Position numbers and translations under genes: made by a program
Source: a bacterium
GTDB lineage: Bacteria; UBA8248
Reading direction: 5' to 3'
Assembly: GCA_965204535.1 (NCBI GenBank)
Contig: CBDBEV010000001.1
Coordinates: 608,001 to 672,000 of the forward strand
Length of the DNA stretch: 64,000 nucleotides
The notes under the pieces: generated by a model
What the model saw: the letters and a program-made list of their open reading frames with translations, nothing else
The model's database searches: none
What the model was told of the DNA's origin: nothing
In this document: piece after piece, positions 29,742 to 39,644 of the stretch
How positions within the stretch are numbered: the first letter of the stretch is position 1
Layout of the letters: the number at the start of each line of letters is the position of its first letter

Positions 29742-30383
29742 ATGCGTGAGCACGAGATCGTCGACATCGAAGACCATCCTAGAACATTGCGTGGTCCCGA
29801 GTCGCGCTTGCTTCGCATTAGCATGCTGGACGCGCCGCATATGGCGCCTTTGACCGAATATACATCGAATTTGCGAAAGATGGGGTATGGCGAAGTCCCC
29901 GAATTTGACCCTCTTGACGGCGGCATCGAGGCTCTCGTCCTGTTTCTCTTTGAGAAGCCAGGGCCGATGACGGCCAACAGCAGTTCGGGTAGACGTAACG
30001 GATCAGGCTTCATCAGTAGAAACAATGATGACCCTACGGCGGAGGCCACGTTCAACTTCATGCGTACTGCTGGGATACTTCGTAGTCAGACGATCATCTG
30101 GAACGTAATTCCTTGGTGGAATAAAACGCGAAAAGTAACTAGTTCTGAACTCGGCGAGGGGGTGAGATACGTCAAGGAACTGATCGAACTCCTACCGAAG
30201 TTGCGCGCAGTTGTTTTTGTTGGCCAGAAGGCTGTCAAGGCGCGCCGTCATTTTACGGACACTGGATTGTATTTATTCTCGTCGGATCACCCATCGCCCC
30301 TCGTAAGGGCCAACTTCCCAGAGCGATGGAGTGCAATTCCGTCTGATTGGGCCAAGATCATACCTGTCCTTGAGCAACAGTAA
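29742..30383 (+). CDS. Uracil-DNA glycosylase superfamily protein
   Basis: VLFLFEKPGP, WNVIPW, VVFVGQKA and HPSP motifs. Start codon uncertain. Confidence 0.75.
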   Translation: MREHEIVDIEDHPRTLRGPESRLLRISMLDAPHMAPLTEYTSNLRKMGYGEVPEFDPLDGGIEALVLFLFEKPGPMTANSSSGRRNGSGFISRNNDDPTAEATFNFMRTAGILRSQTIIWNVIPWWNKTRKVTSSELGEGVRYVKELIELLPKLRAVVFVGQKAVKARRHFTDTGLYLFSSDHPSPLVRANFPERWSAIPSDWAKIIPVLEQQ

Positions 30384-30910
30384 CAGGTTACTATAGTAGG
30401 CGTTCATGTCGTCATTTAGAGCACTTCCAGTCATGTGCTCGGACAACCTCGTGTGTCCTTTTGCCGGATCAACCGCCAAACCCCCGGCTCAGCACCACTT
30501 GCCAGCGGCGAACAACTGGAAGTATCTAGACTGTGACGCGGGCGGTCTATTTTCTGAGCATGTTTTGCACTCTAACCGGCGGGAGAAGACCTCCATGCAG
30601 TGTCGCTCGCTCCTGGTATTGCGCGGCGGCCGAACCGGACGACGGGGCAAAACGGAGGAGAGGAACAAAACGCAGTCTGGGAAGTCTCACGCAATGTCGG
30701 GACATTATTTTGGGAACCCTCTCTCCGAAGAGCACGACAAGGAATATCCATGATCGTCGCCGAAGACTCCCAAGACGTTTTCTGGAAACCTCTTGGTCTT
30801 GTTATTCAGCATTTTGTATAATTACGCTACTCAAGCAATTAAACAGGCATTGGTAAATATGGGGCCTCCCACTTTTCTTTCGAAATATTGAAATGCAATC
30901 AAGGTGAAAA

Positions 30911-32325
30911 GGTCAAGTCCGAGAATTGCTGGAAACTTTTTTGGTGCGCATATCGGCAGAGAGCTTGCGATTGAGTCCGTTCACCTCTTCGTAGTTCTGA
31001 TCCAGTTCCCGTCTGAGGGCTTCCATCTGGCGTCTCTCGAAGCCTGTTACTTTGAGGCCGCGCCACCTTTCGGCGGCCCGGATCATGGCGCTGAACATGA
31101 GCTTGAGCACCGGCTTCTCACCGAAGGCGTTGGGAATGATTTTGAGCCTTCGGCGCTCCTCGACGAATAGGCGCTCGAGCTGATTCGTGGTGCGTACGGA
31201 CCGTCGATGGTTGACCGGCGCCCGCAGGTGCGCGATGCAGGCTTCGAAGTCGTCGTAAAAACACGTCACGGCGCTCGGCAGTTCGGACTCGTAGTCCCTG
31301 GCAAGTCCCTCGGCCAGTTCCCGGGCGATGGCGCGCGAGGGGGCCTGGTAGGCCGCCGCTGCCCGCGCCTTGAACTCGGGCCAGAGGTCCTCGGGCGCCT
31401 TCGCCGCGAGGTTCCGCATGCGGTTCGCCAGGCAGCGCTGACGCTCCGAGCGCGGGAAGCACGTCTCGATCGCCTTGATGATGCCGGGCGCCCCGTCGCT
31501 GACCACAATCAGCGGGTCGCCCAGACCCCGGGCGCGCATGTCCTGGAAGAACGCGCTCACCGTCTCGGCGTCTTCTTTCGAACCCGCCATCAGGTGCAGG
31601 AGAACCTTGGCGCCGTTCGCCGTGAATCCCCAGGCCGCCAGAACCGGCTCGCGCCTGCTCCCCGGGCGGATACGTTCCGCAATCCCGTCGATGAACAGAT
31701 AGACGACCTCGTGCTCGCCCAGGTCCCGCGAAGCGAACTCTTGATAGTCACTCCACAGACGCTCCCCGAGTTCGGAGACCGCCGTGCGCGAGAGCAGCAG
31801 ACGACCGCTCTCGTCTTGAAAGACGTTTTCGATGTCGCGCACCGACAGGCCGCGCGCCAGAAGCTCCACCGCCAACCCCTCGAGGGCCTCCGTGCGCCCC
31901 TTGAGGCCCTCGCGGATCCCGGAGCGGAACCCTTCCTCGCGCCCGGCAATCTGCGGCGCCGCGTACTCGATGAACCCTTCCGCCGTCTTCAGACGACCCG
32001 GGCGGTGACCGTTGCGGTAGCCCTGGCCGGGCTTCGCGCCGTGTTCGTAGTACTCCCGGCCCAAGGCGTCGCGGCTCTCCGCCTCCAGCGCCTCTTCCAC
32101 GATGAGCCGCGTGGCGAGCTTCACCAGGTCGGCTCGCGCATCGGGACTCGACAGACGGCCTTCGATCAAGTCGGACAGGGATTGGCGAGTGTGCATCGAT
32201 GCCTGTATTCTCTTCTTCATGGGGTTGCCTCCTCGGTCGGACGCCGGCGCTCACCGGCACGGTTTTGTGGTTCCTCTACCGAGGATGCACCCCTCCAATT
32301 TTTCCAGCAAGTTTAGGACTTCACC
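30911..32325 (-). mobile_element. IS256-family insertion sequence
   Basis: Imperfect 25-bp IRs GGTCAAGTCCGAGAATTGCTGGAAA (30911) and TTTCCAGCAAGTTTAGGACTTCACC (32301-32325). No target duplication seen. Confidence 0.85.
30913..32220 (-). CDS. IS256-family transposase
   Basis: YRNGHR, RGLSVRDI, YLFIDG, VVSDGAPG, QRC and RTTNQLER motifs. Confidence 0.93.
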   Translation of the reverse strand: MKKRIQASMHTRQSLSDLIEGRLSSPDARADLVKLATRLIVEEALEAESRDALGREYYEHGAKPGQGYRNGHRPGRLKTAEGFIEYAAPQIAGREEGFRSGIREGLKGRTEALEGLAVELLARGLSVRDIENVFQDESGRLLLSRTAVSELGERLWSDYQEFASRDLGEHEVVYLFIDGIAERIRPGSRREPVLAAWGFTANGAKVLLHLMAGSKEDAETVSAFFQDMRARGLGDPLIVVSDGAPGIIKAIETCFPRSERQRCLANRMRNLAAKAPEDLWPEFKARAAAAYQAPSRAIARELAEGLARDYESELPSAVTCFYDDFEACIAHLRAPVNHRRSVRTTNQLERLFVEERRRLKIIPNAFGEKPVLKLMFSAMIRAAERWRGLKVTGFERRQMEALRRELDQNYEEVNGLNRKLSADMRTKKVSSNSRT

Positions 32326-32424
32326 TCTTAATCTGGATTCGAACGAAAGTAATGTATTGGTTTTGACAATCGTGCATGGTAAATTTAGTTATGTAGGACG
32401 TTAAAGGAAATCGAAGGAGAGTCC

Positions 32425-34233
32425 TTGCAAGTCGCACTGCTTAAGATCGAGAATTTTCGGGGAATCCGGTCGGGTACAATACAGTTTCATAACCACACCG
32501 TTCTGATAGGCCCTAACAACAGTGGTAAAACCACGATCATTGAGGCACTAGCGCTCGTGCTGGGCCGGGAGCGTCTGGTGCGCACCTTGACCGAGCACGA
32601 TTTTTTTGGATCGAATCCTCAACCCGCTGATCGGATTAGCATCTTGGCAACGATCACGGGGTTCGAGCCGGAGGATTTTACAGCACACCCTGACTGGTTC
32701 CGTGATGGACGTGGCGTTCCGAAATGGTTCGACCCTCAGACGGGAGAAGTGGTCGCCGAGCAAACGCATGAGAACCAATCGCTTGCGTGCCAGATCGCAT
32801 TCGCCGCTCGATTTGACCATGAAAGCATAGAGGTCGAGACCGCTCGGTATTTTCACGATGACTCGGGTTTCGATGTTTTCGCGGAAGAAGGCTTTGTCAC
32901 GGTTCCCCCAAAGCTTATCCGTGATGTCGGCTTTTTCCTCATTCCCGCAAGTCGCTCCTGGGATCGCATGCTTTCGTTCGGCTCCGAACTGTTCAGACGA
33001 GTAATTCGTACGGCTGGAGGATTGCCAGCGGAAACGGTCCTGGCCGAACGGGACCGATTGCGTAGTCCACAACAGCGGCTTGAAGACGATGAACGAATCC
33101 AGCCGATTGTAGATGAAGTCAATGCTGAGATCACGAATCTGTTGGGATTGGACATCAACCTGCAACTGAGGCTGACGGCAACGGACAGTAACAGCGTGCT
33201 CGAATCCATCGTGCCACATTTCCTGACCGGAGGGGAGCATGCTGTGCCATCGAAGCGAGAAGGGAGTGGTTTGATTTCGCTGCAAGTCCTGTTCTTGCTC
33301 TTACACTTCGGACAAAAACGACTCGAGAACGGCGAGAGTTTTTGTATGGCGCTTGAGGAGCCAGAGCTCCACCTTCCGCCAGCTGCACAGCGTCGAGTGC
33401 TGTCGCGTCTGCAATCACTTTCAACGCAAACGATTGTATCGACACACTCACCGTTAGTTGCAGGGTACTGCGATGCAACGGCTCTACTCGTTATCCGGAA
33501 TGACAGTGGTATGCTCAGCGCAGTACCGATGCTTGAACGACCTCTTGGGCAAGATGCGACAAACGCGATACGCAAGCTCTTCCAGATCAACCGGGTCGAA
33601 ACAGCGGCGGCAATGATGTGCGAATATATTATCGTGCCGGAAGGTAAGCTGGATTTCGACTGGCTGAGCCTTCTGATGCGGGCTGTAGAACTTGAGAAGG
33701 ATTCCGAGGAACTGTGCATGTTTGGCGTCCGGGTCGGATTGGTTCCGACAGGCGATGCAAAGATCAAGGAAACCTGCGAAATGCTCAGCAAGGCACACCC
33801 CAAGGTCTGTGCATTGGTAGACGGAGATACGGAAGGCAAGCGTTATGCGAGAGAGTTGGCTGAGCCCACTGCCGGTGTGGGTAAGGTGCTTTGTTGGCCG
33901 GATGAATGGATGATTGAAGATGTGGTTGGCTGGATAATTGAGGCGGATGAAGCTGAGGTGATGGAGCGATTAAGCAGGGAACTTGACGGCGTGACTGGTG
34001 ATCGTGCGGAACTCGTAGCGCAACTGAAATCCTATGATCGCACCCGATACGGGATGAAAGGCGATCTCATCGCTTATGAGGTTATTGCCAACGCCCTAGC
34101 TGATAATCCATCGTGCTTGCAGCGTGCACGCACAATGCTCCATGCGCTTGCTCAAGTATGCGCTGGTGAAACTACCCCGTATTTCGAGCAAGTGCGGGAC
34201 GATACCGTGTCTGGTTTGGTATTTAGACCATGA
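32425..34233 (+). CDS. OLD-family ABC-ATPase/TOPRIM nuclease (GajA-like)
   Basis: IENFRGI, GPNNSGKT, EGSG signature, LEEPELHL, STHSP; TOPRIM motifs IVPEG and VDGD. Confidence 0.88.
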   Translation: MQVALLKIENFRGIRSGTIQFHNHTVLIGPNNSGKTTIIEALALVLGRERLVRTLTEHDFFGSNPQPADRISILATITGFEPEDFTAHPDWFRDGRGVPKWFDPQTGEVVAEQTHENQSLACQIAFAARFDHESIEVETARYFHDDSGFDVFAEEGFVTVPPKLIRDVGFFLIPASRSWDRMLSFGSELFRRVIRTAGGLPAETVLAERDRLRSPQQRLEDDERIQPIVDEVNAEITNLLGLDINLQLRLTATDSNSVLESIVPHFLTGGEHAVPSKREGSGLISLQVLFLLLHFGQKRLENGESFCMALEEPELHLPPAAQRRVLSRLQSLSTQTIVSTHSPLVAGYCDATALLVIRNDSGMLSAVPMLERPLGQDATNAIRKLFQINRVETAAAMMCEYIIVPEGKLDFDWLSLLMRAVELEKDSEELCMFGVRVGLVPTGDAKIKETCEMLSKAHPKVCALVDGDTEGKRYARELAEPTAGVGKVLCWPDEWMIEDVVGWIIEADEAEVMERLSRELDGVTGDRAELVAQLKSYDRTRYGMKGDLIAYEVIANALADNPSCLQRARTMLHALAQVCAGETTPYFEQVRDDTVSGLVFRP

Positions 34234-35516
34234 CCGTTACCGCCTTCGAAGGTCCGGCCGGTACGGGGAAGACCCATAGCCTAATGGAACAACTCGCAGG
34301 TGCAGTCGAAAGGAATGCACTGGCTTCCCATGAGCGCGTTCTGGCGCTGACCTTTATGCATGGATCGAGACGGCGGCTCGATACGCGACTGCGTGAGATC
34401 GAAGCGCTCAGCGGGCGGTTCCAAGCGTCGACGTTGGATAGCTTTGCTTGGCGGCTGTGCCAGCGGTGGCGTTCACTTGCCCAGAGTCTCGGTCATGCCA
34501 TCCCTTCCGAAGGAAATTTTGACTTGACCTGCTCGCTCGCTGCTGCTTTGCTGGCCCGACCTGCTGTTAGCGCTTGGGTCTGTGCGTCCTATCCTTTCAT
34601 CGTCGTCGATGAGGCGCAGGATCTTAGCACCGAGCGATCCATGATGATCCAAGAAGCGGCGGTAGCATGTCATGTCCTACTAGCTTTCGATGAGTTCCAA
34701 TGCCTAAACCCGACCCTGCGCCCGATACCGATTCAGACATGGCTGCCGGAATTCTGCGAGCCTGTAAAACTTGATACATGCCGTCGTACCGAGGATGCCG
34801 AATTGCTTGAAGCGGCGCGGGCCGTGCGAGATGGACGCTCGGTAGATCGGGACGGACGGAGCTTTAAATTGGCGGTGACACCGGGCCGCCCCCAATATGC
34901 AGCCACTTACTTGGCAAATTTCATCGCTTGGCGTCGCGGCGGCAATGTCGCAGTGCTTACGCCGGCCCGTCGCGGCTTCGCCACCGACATTGTCGATCTT
35001 GTGCGAGCGGGGCCACTTGGAAAGAGTCGCCATGGACCGTTCCCGATCGAATGGGAAAACAGTGACGCAGCCGAACGCGATGCACTATGGGAAGGTTTGG
35101 CGATGCCTGCAAACTGCAACGTCTCCGATGCGCTTGCGCACCTGGAACCACACAGCCATTTGCCTGCAGTGAAGAGTTCCATGGAGTGGATCGGTCGTCA
35201 GCGGCGTGTTCTTGGCACCGACGAGTTCACGGCCAATGAAATCCAACGGCAGATTGACCGGGGGCTGGCGGCACGGCGTCACTATGGGAGCAGTGCTCGT
35301 ACGGAATACAGTGCGATGACGATCCATCAAGCGAAGAACCGGGAATTCGATCACGTTGTCATCATATGGCCGTACACGGTCCCAAGCGATGATGAGCAAA
35401 AGAGGCGATTGCTCTATAACGCGCTTACGCGTGCACGACGTAGTTGTCTAGTCCTAGTCCAGGCCCAGAAATTGGCTGATGCCCCTCCATTCGTGGGCGA
35501 AGCGGTTGTAGCCTGA
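34230..35516 (+). CDS. UvrD-like SF1 helicase (GajB-like)
   Basis: EGPAGTGKT, LALTF, STLDSFA, VVDEAQD, MTIHQAKNREFDHV and LYNALTRAR. ATGA overlap with the OLD gene. Confidence 0.88.
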   Translation: MTVTAFEGPAGTGKTHSLMEQLAGAVERNALASHERVLALTFMHGSRRRLDTRLREIEALSGRFQASTLDSFAWRLCQRWRSLAQSLGHAIPSEGNFDLTCSLAAALLARPAVSAWVCASYPFIVVDEAQDLSTERSMMIQEAAVACHVLLAFDEFQCLNPTLRPIPIQTWLPEFCEPVKLDTCRRTEDAELLEAARAVRDGRSVDRDGRSFKLAVTPGRPQYAATYLANFIAWRRGGNVAVLTPARRGFATDIVDLVRAGPLGKSRHGPFPIEWENSDAAERDALWEGLAMPANCNVSDALAHLEPHSHLPAVKSSMEWIGRQRRVLGTDEFTANEIQRQIDRGLAARRHYGSSARTEYSAMTIHQAKNREFDHVVIIWPYTVPSDDEQKRRLLYNALTRARRSCLVLVQAQKLADAPPFVGEAVVA

Positions 35517-35857
35517 TCGTCCTGAATCAAGGCGATAACGGGTAGTCTTCATATCAGAGAGGCATTTTCGATGAGCAAGGTTTCAATCGCGAAAGCGGCA
35601 GCATCTTCTAGTGAGCATTGTTAACGTATCCTTGCTTAAGCAATATGTTAAGCACAAACTTGACTAGAATTGGCTAGAATTCGCTTACACAGATGTATGT
35701 CGCTTACTGCTAGACCTGTGCCAATCATACTTTTACATATGCTCATCTTAGTATTCTGCAATGATTAATAGAGTTAAAAAATGGGAATTATATAGGTGAG
35801 TAAGCAGACACCCCGCAAGGGGCGCTCCCCCCGGCGGGTTTCTATAGGAGTAAATCA

Positions 35858-36064
35858 ATGGATAGATTCAATCCTGAAAATTATCGATGGCCTGAATCGT
35901 GCTTTGAAGCTCCTTGGATAGAGCTCGGGCTTGATCCAGTTGAATATCATAAGAAGTATGGAGGGCGCATGCCTGTTGTTTCAGGGATTCCTCTGGATCA
36001 TCCGATAAGTGTTCTACAGAGGAAAAACCAAAAACAACAAGTCGGTGAGGAAAATCAGCCGTAA
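35858..36064 (+). CDS. Small hypothetical passenger protein
   Basis: AGGAG RBS; 68-aa ORF just inside the left TIR. Confidence 0.5.
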   Translation: MDRFNPENYRWPESCFEAPWIELGLDPVEYHKKYGGRMPVVSGIPLDHPISVLQRKNQKQQVGEENQP

Positions 36065-36186
36065 TATTCCAGTTTGTGATTATACGGGTTGTGCGGTCGT
36101 TCACGGTTCATCCTCCTTTTTGTTGGACAGACTGCGGCCCCGGAGTGTTGGGTTCTCCGGGGCCGTTTTTCTTCTTGTTGCCGATT

Positions 36187-36486
36187 CTACCTTCCGCGAA
36201 GCCTGAGCGCACATCCCTTGTTGTACTGGTAGCACTGGAGCAACATGTTGCGCTCGTCGGCCTGATCTTGGCGGTGCAGATCGTACTTCTGCTGAGGCGT
36301 CAGGCCGAAGCTGCGGGTGTAGGGCTTGGTTCCGTAGGGGTCGGACGGATTGTATTGGCACTGTTGCTGGTAGCTCCGTTGCTTGTGTGGCTGTGGGTAC
36401 AACGGTGTCCAGTATGGGCTCTGGACGGCCGCGATCGTCGGCACCAGAAGTGATATTGCAAAAGCCAGTGTAATTATGTGTTTCAT
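36187..36486 (-). CDS. Small putatively secreted passenger protein
   Basis: Signal-peptide-like N-terminus MKHIITLAFAISLLVPTIAA, followed by a Q/Y/P-rich body. Confidence 0.5.
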   Translation of the reverse strand: MKHIITLAFAISLLVPTIAAVQSPYWTPLYPQPHKQRSYQQQCQYNPSDPYGTKPYTRSFGLTPQQKYDLHRQDQADERNMLLQCYQYNKGCALRLRGR

Positions 36487-37036
36487 GGGCATTCCCCCTA
36501 ATGACAGTGGTAGCTGACGCGGACGCCATTGACCCAAACCCAATGGCACCCTGAGAAGTTCTTGCCTCCACCATGCGCTGCCGCGAGCGCGGGCGCCAGG
36601 AGCAAAACGGTAATGAAGACGATTCCGGCCAATGTACGCATATGCACTCCCTCCCGGTCGCGAGTCCGGGCGCACCACGCACCCGGAAGTGCTCGCTCGT
36701 TGTGATGTACGGTGGGGTATGCTAGAACCGATGGTTCAACTGGTTGAATGGTGGCTAACCCCACCACGTGGGAGTCTCGGTTCCAGCCGGGGCTCCCACG
36801 CTCTTATTCTTTTGTTTTCCCGACAGCGCCGGGCCTTAGCATCGTCACAAGTAGTATGTGAAGTCCCGCCTATTCACCTTTTGCCAGGGGAGCTACCCCC
36901 GGTCGGGTTCAAGGCTGTTTTATTCGGCGAGTGACCCGACTAGAAGGTATCGGGTTCTACTCGCGACAATGCTATCCTGTGAATATGGGCAAAACGAGGT
37001 CGCTTGTTAAATGTCCAAAAGGGGTGGTGACGCCGT

Positions 37037-37065
37037 TTGACACAACGTGAGTCAAGCCAGATAAT
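37037..37065 (+). promoter_or_regulatory. Sigma70-type promoter
   Basis: TTGACA-17 bp-GATAAT upstream of AAGGAGG and ATG 37097. Confidence 0.6.
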
Positions 37066-37096
37066 CGAAGTCCTGACAAAAAGGAGGGCGGATATC

Positions 37097-37228
37097 ATGG
37101 CTACCACCCAGAAGAAACCCCGCGGACGACCACCCAAGAAAATCATCCCACCGATACCACGGACGCCCGAGCAGGTCGCCAAGGCCATATTCGACGCCAA
37201 CGACAAGAAGCTACAGAAGACGGGCTGA
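37097..37228 (+). CDS. 43-aa AT-hook (PRGRP) peptide
   Basis: MATTQKKPRGRPPKKIIPPIPRTPEQVAKAIF…, with a good RBS and promoter. Confidence 0.65.
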   Translation: MATTQKKPRGRPPKKIIPPIPRTPEQVAKAIFDANDKKLQKTG

Positions 37229-37514
37229 GCCGAGAGGGCCGCTTTCTACGTAGGTTTTGAGTTCCTCGTGTTTCCTGCGTTGGCCGGTGGCCTGCCGCCC
37301 CTCTTGACAACGTCCGTAGCTTGTGGCTCAACGGATGAATGGTTAGATGAACAACCTCTTGTGTAATGCCTCCTTGGTCGGGAGGGGAGGCGCGAGAAAG
37401 GGGTTTATTATAACGAAGGTCAGGAGAGGGCTGTTGTTGGTTCTGCCCATTATGGCGATACGTGACGGGACTGCCCAGGGGGCCCTCTCCGGGCCGCGGG
37501 GACACTAATAAAAA

Positions 37515-37787
37515 ATGAGTCATACCTTGCTGGTGTTGCAAATGATATTGTTGCTCGTTCAAATTATAGGTGTATTTCTGCTTTATTATTATTGGAACTC
37601 ATTTGACACCCCACCCCCAAACGCTTTGATTGTATCAATGAGTGCAGTGCAGACCGTTTTGTCTGTGATGGTGGTTGTACTCATAATTGGGGGAACATGG
37701 GTGATACAAAAAGTATTAGAACAGGAAAAAACCAAAGAAAGAGGCTCAATTTCAATTTCTGCTTCTCAAAATAAGGAGGAGGATTAA
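37515..37787 (+). CDS. Small two-TM passenger protein
   Basis: Two hydrophobic segments; AT-rich; first of three tightly packed ORFs. Confidence 0.55.
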   Translation: MSHTLLVLQMILLLVQIIGVFLLYYYWNSFDTPPPNALIVSMSAVQTVLSVMVVVLIIGGTWVIQKVLEQEKTKERGSISISASQNKEED

Positions 37788-37791
37788 GACA

Positions 37792-38109
37792 ATGAAAATT
37801 TGGGGCTCTGAGCAGGATGCTATTGATTACTTGCAAGGGCAAGTAGATCTCTGCCTCACAATCATTTTTTTTCTGGTCAGGGAAGGGTCTTTTAATAAAA
37901 AAACGCTAGAAAAAAACATTACGGACACTCTCTCTCGAAATATCGATATATACACCCCTAGCAGAATGAAAGGATTCAAAAATTCTTCCAATACGATTTT
38001 AGGGGAAGATGCTTTTGTAGGTAGAAGTGAGAAATTCTATGACATGCAAACCTATGACATACTAGGACTAGCTGATACCTTGAAGTTGAATCCAGAGAAA
38101 TGGTCTTAG
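37792..38109 (+). CDS. Hypothetical passenger protein
   Basis: AGGAGGAGG RBS; packed against its neighbours. Confidence 0.55.
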   Translation: MKIWGSEQDAIDYLQGQVDLCLTIIFFLVREGSFNKKTLEKNITDTLSRNIDIYTPSRMKGFKNSSNTILGEDAFVGRSEKFYDMQTYDILGLADTLKLNPEKWS

Positions 38110-38110
38110 G

Positions 38111-38395
38111 ATGAATGAAGCAGATATCGAAAAAATCAAGACAGATATTCGAAATATTGAAGTAAACCAACATGCGATACACGTTCTGATTCTTTTGCTA
38201 TTTACCTTCTCTGCGCCATCTAAAGATCTGCACGTATTGATAGAAAAATTTATGCGTTTGCTCGCAGTTACCCGAGATGGCTCAAATGTTGAAATTCTTG
38301 ATTTAAGCAAGGAAGCCCTTGAGGATATAAAAAAATTTTTCAGAGATATTCAAGAAACTTTAAATGAGCAGAGAGCGGAAAAGAATGATGCCTAA
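38111..38395 (+). CDS. Hypothetical passenger protein
   Basis: Starts 1 bp after the previous stop and converges on the transposase. Confidence 0.5.
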   Translation: MNEADIEKIKTDIRNIEVNQHAIHVLILLLFTFSAPSKDLHVLIEKFMRLLAVTRDGSNVEILDLSKEALEDIKKFFRDIQETLNEQRAEKNDA

Positions 38396-39030
38396 TTAGT
38401 GAGCTTCGCCCATGTAAGCCTTTTGCCCTCGAACCCCCGGACCACCGTGCCCATACGTTCGGCCGTCCCGAGCAAGCGGGTGTTGTGACGGCCGACAAAC
38501 TCCTGAACATAGCGATGCAGATGCCGGCGGTTCCAGAAGTGGTACGTTCCCTTGAAGCCGCGGCCGAGATTCTGTTTCTTGCGCCAGTGCTTGTTGCGCT
38601 CTAGGCCCCCGACGTACGTCTCATCGACTTCAACGGGGCCCTCTATCATGGCCTCGCCCTGCATCCAGCCTTCACGGATTCGGTGGCCCATAAACCAGGC
38701 GGTCCTCTGCGTGACGTCCAAGTATTCGGCCAGCCTGGTGCTCGGTATGCCCTTAGGGTTGGTGGTCAGCAGAAATATGGCGATGGCCCACTTGCGGAGC
38801 GGCAGCTTGGACCGGTGCATCGGCGTTCCGGTCCGGACACTGAAATGACGCCGGCAATCAGCGCACCAGTACGGTAGGGGTTTCTTGTTGGGGGCTGGCG
38901 ACACGTTGGTCGAGCCGCAACACGGGCAGATGAGCCCATCCTTCCAACGGACCCGTTCGAACCACTGGCGCGCCGCTTCATCGTCTGGGAACGTGTTGAG
39001 AATCTGTAGCAAAGGTATTCGTAGGGGCAT
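38392..39030 (-). pseudogene. IS1595-family transposase with in-frame internal deletion
   Basis: Zn ribbon CPCC…WCADC…FSVRTGT and VEVDETYVGG are present, but LGRG joins directly to FKGTYH…HLHRYVQEF. The central catalytic segment (TD and HTNxxE region) is missing. Confidence 0.85.
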
Positions 39031-39274
39031 TTCGGGAACCTCCCCATCGTTTGGGTGAAAGTTACCATTCCCGAAAAACGCAATGTGAACACAATATCGG
39101 TCGGCAGGTTGATTCTGTCAAATGTGTGATATGATCGGTTGAAATGAGGACGCACCCTTGCCAAGGGGTGTGAAGCGCTACAGAAAAGACAGGGATGTCC
39201 TTTCTGTAACGCATTCCTCGAAAAAATGCAAGTCCATTTTTACGGAGAAGATGCGCCTACAGGAGGGGAGAGAA

Positions 39275-39445
39275 ATGCAAATACCAGACATCCGACCGTT
39301 CCATGAATATCCTATCAGAGATCCTCTCCCTGAACCTGTCCGTCACAAAGTAAAAATCGTTCTAGACCGCTTGTGTTTCCAAAAACGATTGGAAGAACTT
39401 GAGGAAAAGTATAGTGACTGGGGCCGAAAAGACTGGTATCCATAA
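39275..39445 (+). CDS. Small hypothetical passenger protein
   Basis: AGGAGGGGAG RBS before ATG 39275. Confidence 0.45.
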   Translation: MQIPDIRPFHEYPIRDPLPEPVRHKVKIVLDRLCFQKRLEELEEKYSDWGRKDWYP

Positions 39446-39455
39446 GGAGAAGAAA

Positions 39456-39644
39456 ATGGGATCGGAAACAAAAGGCAAAACTCGCGCCGTAGACTTCATC
39501 CATATCGTTCCAGAAGAAGGTATTGTTACTGTGAAATTCAAGGATGGCGCTGAGGCAAGAATACCTAAAGACGGCCTAGAGCTTATACAAATGAAGGTTG
39601 GTGATATCGTTCTCCAGGCCAGCAGATCAGTTGAGCCCGAGTAG
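39456..39644 (+). CDS. Small hypothetical passenger protein
   Basis: AAGGAG RBS; ends just before the right TIR. Confidence 0.5.
   Translation: MGSETKGKTRAVDFIHIVPEEGIVTVKFKDGAEARIPKDGLELIQMKVGDIVLQASRSVEPE

Noticed and set aside
27500-30900. Integron attC-like cassette structure around the TIR/UDG genes
   Set aside because: No convincing paired RYYYAAC/GTTRRRY boxes, the genes are in opposite orientations, and there is no IntI.
37047-37067. GTGAGTCAAGCCAGATAATC as a second IS1595 end
   Set aside because: No matching partner or TSD found; better explained as the spacer and -10 of a TTGACA-17-GATAAT promoter.
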